In this document: piece after piece, positions 62,686 through 64,000 of the stretch
Numbering within the stretch: position 1 is the first letter of the stretch
How the letters are laid out: every line of letters starts with the position of its first letter
Source: an uncultured Phycisphaerales bacterium
GTDB taxonomy: Bacteria > Planctomycetota > Phycisphaerae > Tepidisphaerales > Tepidisphaeraceae
Assembly: GCA_963755915.1 (NCBI GenBank)
Contig: CAVWLP010000003.1
Span: 608,001-672,000, forward strand
Length of the DNA stretch: 64,000 nucleotides
Reading direction: 5' to 3'
Position numbers and translations under genes: made by a program
Notes under the pieces: generated by a model
The model's input: the letters and a program-made list of their open reading frames with translations, nothing else
Database searches by the model: none
Told to the model about the DNA's origin: nothing

Positions 62686-63644
62686 TCAAGGATACGGTGC
62701 CGCCTTTGGCTGGTCCCCTGGAAGCTGGAGAGACCCGATAAGCTGGCTAAGATTCGGCAGGCTGTTCCTTTGCATGTAGTCGGTCAACCCCTCCAGAATC
62801 TTGTTCGGCGCGGAAGGATCGACAAACAGCGCCGTCCCCACCCCCACCCCCGTAGCCCCGGCCAGGATAAACTCCAAAGCATCGGTCCAAAACTGAATCC
62901 CCCCCATCCCGATGATCGGCACGCCAGCCGGCTTGGCCACCGTACGGTACACCCGGCTCACCATATGCAGGGCGATCGGCTTAATCGCCGGCCCCGAAAG
63001 GCCCCCGGTCACATTCGCCAGCCGCGGGCGCTTTTTGTTAAAATCGATCGCCATCGCCGTGAAGGTATTAATCATCGAAAGGACCTGCGCCCCCCCATCG
63101 ATCGCCGCCCGCGCCGTCGCGGTAATGTCATCCACATTCGGCGAAAGCTTCACGATCAAAGGCTTCCTTGGCAGCGCCTTTTTCACCACCCCAATCAACT
63201 CCTTGAGCCTTCCCGGATTGGTCCCAAACGTCAGCCCATCCTTCACGTTCGGGCACGACACGTTCAACTCAACGGCCGCCGCACAATCCAGATCGTTCAT
63301 GGCGGCGCAAGTTTCGGCGTAATCGTCATAGCTATGCCCCGCCACGTTCACAATGATCGGGCAGGGCATCTTCCGCAGCAGCGGCACCTTTTCCACCAGA
63401 AAACGGTTTAACCCGACATTCGCCAGGCCGATGGCATTGAGCATTCCCGCCCGTGTTTCGACAATGCGTGTGGGCTCATTTCCTGGCGCTCTTCGCGCGT
63501 AATCGACTTGGTGACGAACGCCCCGAGCCTGGAGAGGTCCATAAAATCGGCATATTCGAAGGCGTAGCCGCTCGTGCCCGAGCAGGTCATAATGGGGTTG
63601 GAAAGTTTCAGACCCGCGAGATTGACGGAAAGATCGAAAGCCAT
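62686..63644 (-). CDS. pyrD: Dihydroorotate dehydrogenase class 1 (frameshift near 63480)
   Basis: NPIMTCSGT, VTKSIT, MLNAIGLAN, ELNVSCPNV, VKLSPNV, GGLSGPAIKP. Confidence 0.93.
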
Positions 63645-63691
63645 ATTTCCCATTGCCGATTTCCTATTGTCTATTAGAAGAAGCACATTGA

Positions 63692-63767
63692 AGTGCCGCC
63701 GGTGTCCTCACCGGCGGATTCAGGTTGGTCGCAAGTCGATTCCGCCGGTGAGGACACCGGCGGCACT
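63692..63767. repeat. REPIN-like inverted doublet (family D)
   Basis: AGTGCCGCCGGTGTCCTCACCGGCGGA (63692-63718) and its exact reverse complement (63741-63767); each arm is itself a hairpin. Confidence 0.85.
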
Positions 63768-63809
63768 AGATGCCGTCTTAGACAGGAAACAGGCAATTGG
63801 CAATCCATT

Positions 63810-64000
63810 TCATTCCCCATACACCTTATGCCTCGGCCTCCCGCGCAGGATTTCCGCTTTGCCCCAACTGGTAACCTGCCGAAAGGCGTCGCTGTGGATG
63901 AAGTCTTCGAAATCTTTCTTCGCCGACCAGTTGCTGAGAATCAAAAACGACCCGGCTGACGAGACATCCTCATAAAGATGCGAATCGACATGCCCGGGGA
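63810..64000 (-). CDS. Antibiotic biosynthesis monooxygenase-like domain, 3' part
   Basis: PGHVDSHLYEDVSSAGSFLILSNWSAKKDFEDFIHSDAFRQVTSWGKAEILRGRPRHKVYGE*. Confidence 0.7.
   Translation of the reverse strand, partial: PGHVDSHLYEDVSSAGSFLILSNWSAKKDFEDFIHSDAFRQVTSWGKAEILRGRPRHKVYGE

Overview
High-GC bacterial chromosome segment, most likely a planctomycete (Phycisphaerae/Tepidisphaerales-like, inferred from a LEPR-xLL-type secreted protein, a PEP-CTERM protein, a C-terminal Zn-ribbon membrane protein and a bacterial topoisomerase VI). Contents in order: top6AB; S1/P1 nuclease and a TonB-like protein; GT4, PEP-CTERM and DUF6734-like genes; an HUH (RAYT/IS200-like) transposase; an LpxO-like hydroxylase; L-rhamnose isomerase; lutABC with an ArnT-like glycosyltransferase inserted in it; a 16-kb flagellar block (flgF-G-A-H-I-J-N-K-L, fliW, csrA, three flagellins); membrane proteins; IMPase, NUDIX, sensor kinase and metH; an orphan higA; a PIN toxin; an FHA-PP2C phosphatase; a stand-alone atpG; an intact IS4 element with a 9-bp target duplication; a XylR-like regulator; and pyrD. 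Many genes carry apparent small frameshifts, most simply explained as uncorrected long-read errors. The most unusual signal is a REP-like palindrome system. A hairpin with a compensatory base pair sits just upstream of the HUH transposase and also occurs in-frame inside the transposase and inside the ArnT-like gene, encoding NAHGAAVG in both. The ArnT-like gene also carries a second, BoxC-like palindrome in-frame. Other signals: many TANNNT-N6-8-ATG (leaderless-type) starts, which reveal an unannotated 43-aa membrane protein; GGA-rich structured leaders around csrA and the flagellins; a lysine-free FlgK; and a 6-codon vestige of a deleted HigB toxin. All family assignments are from motif recognition by eye; no database search was run.
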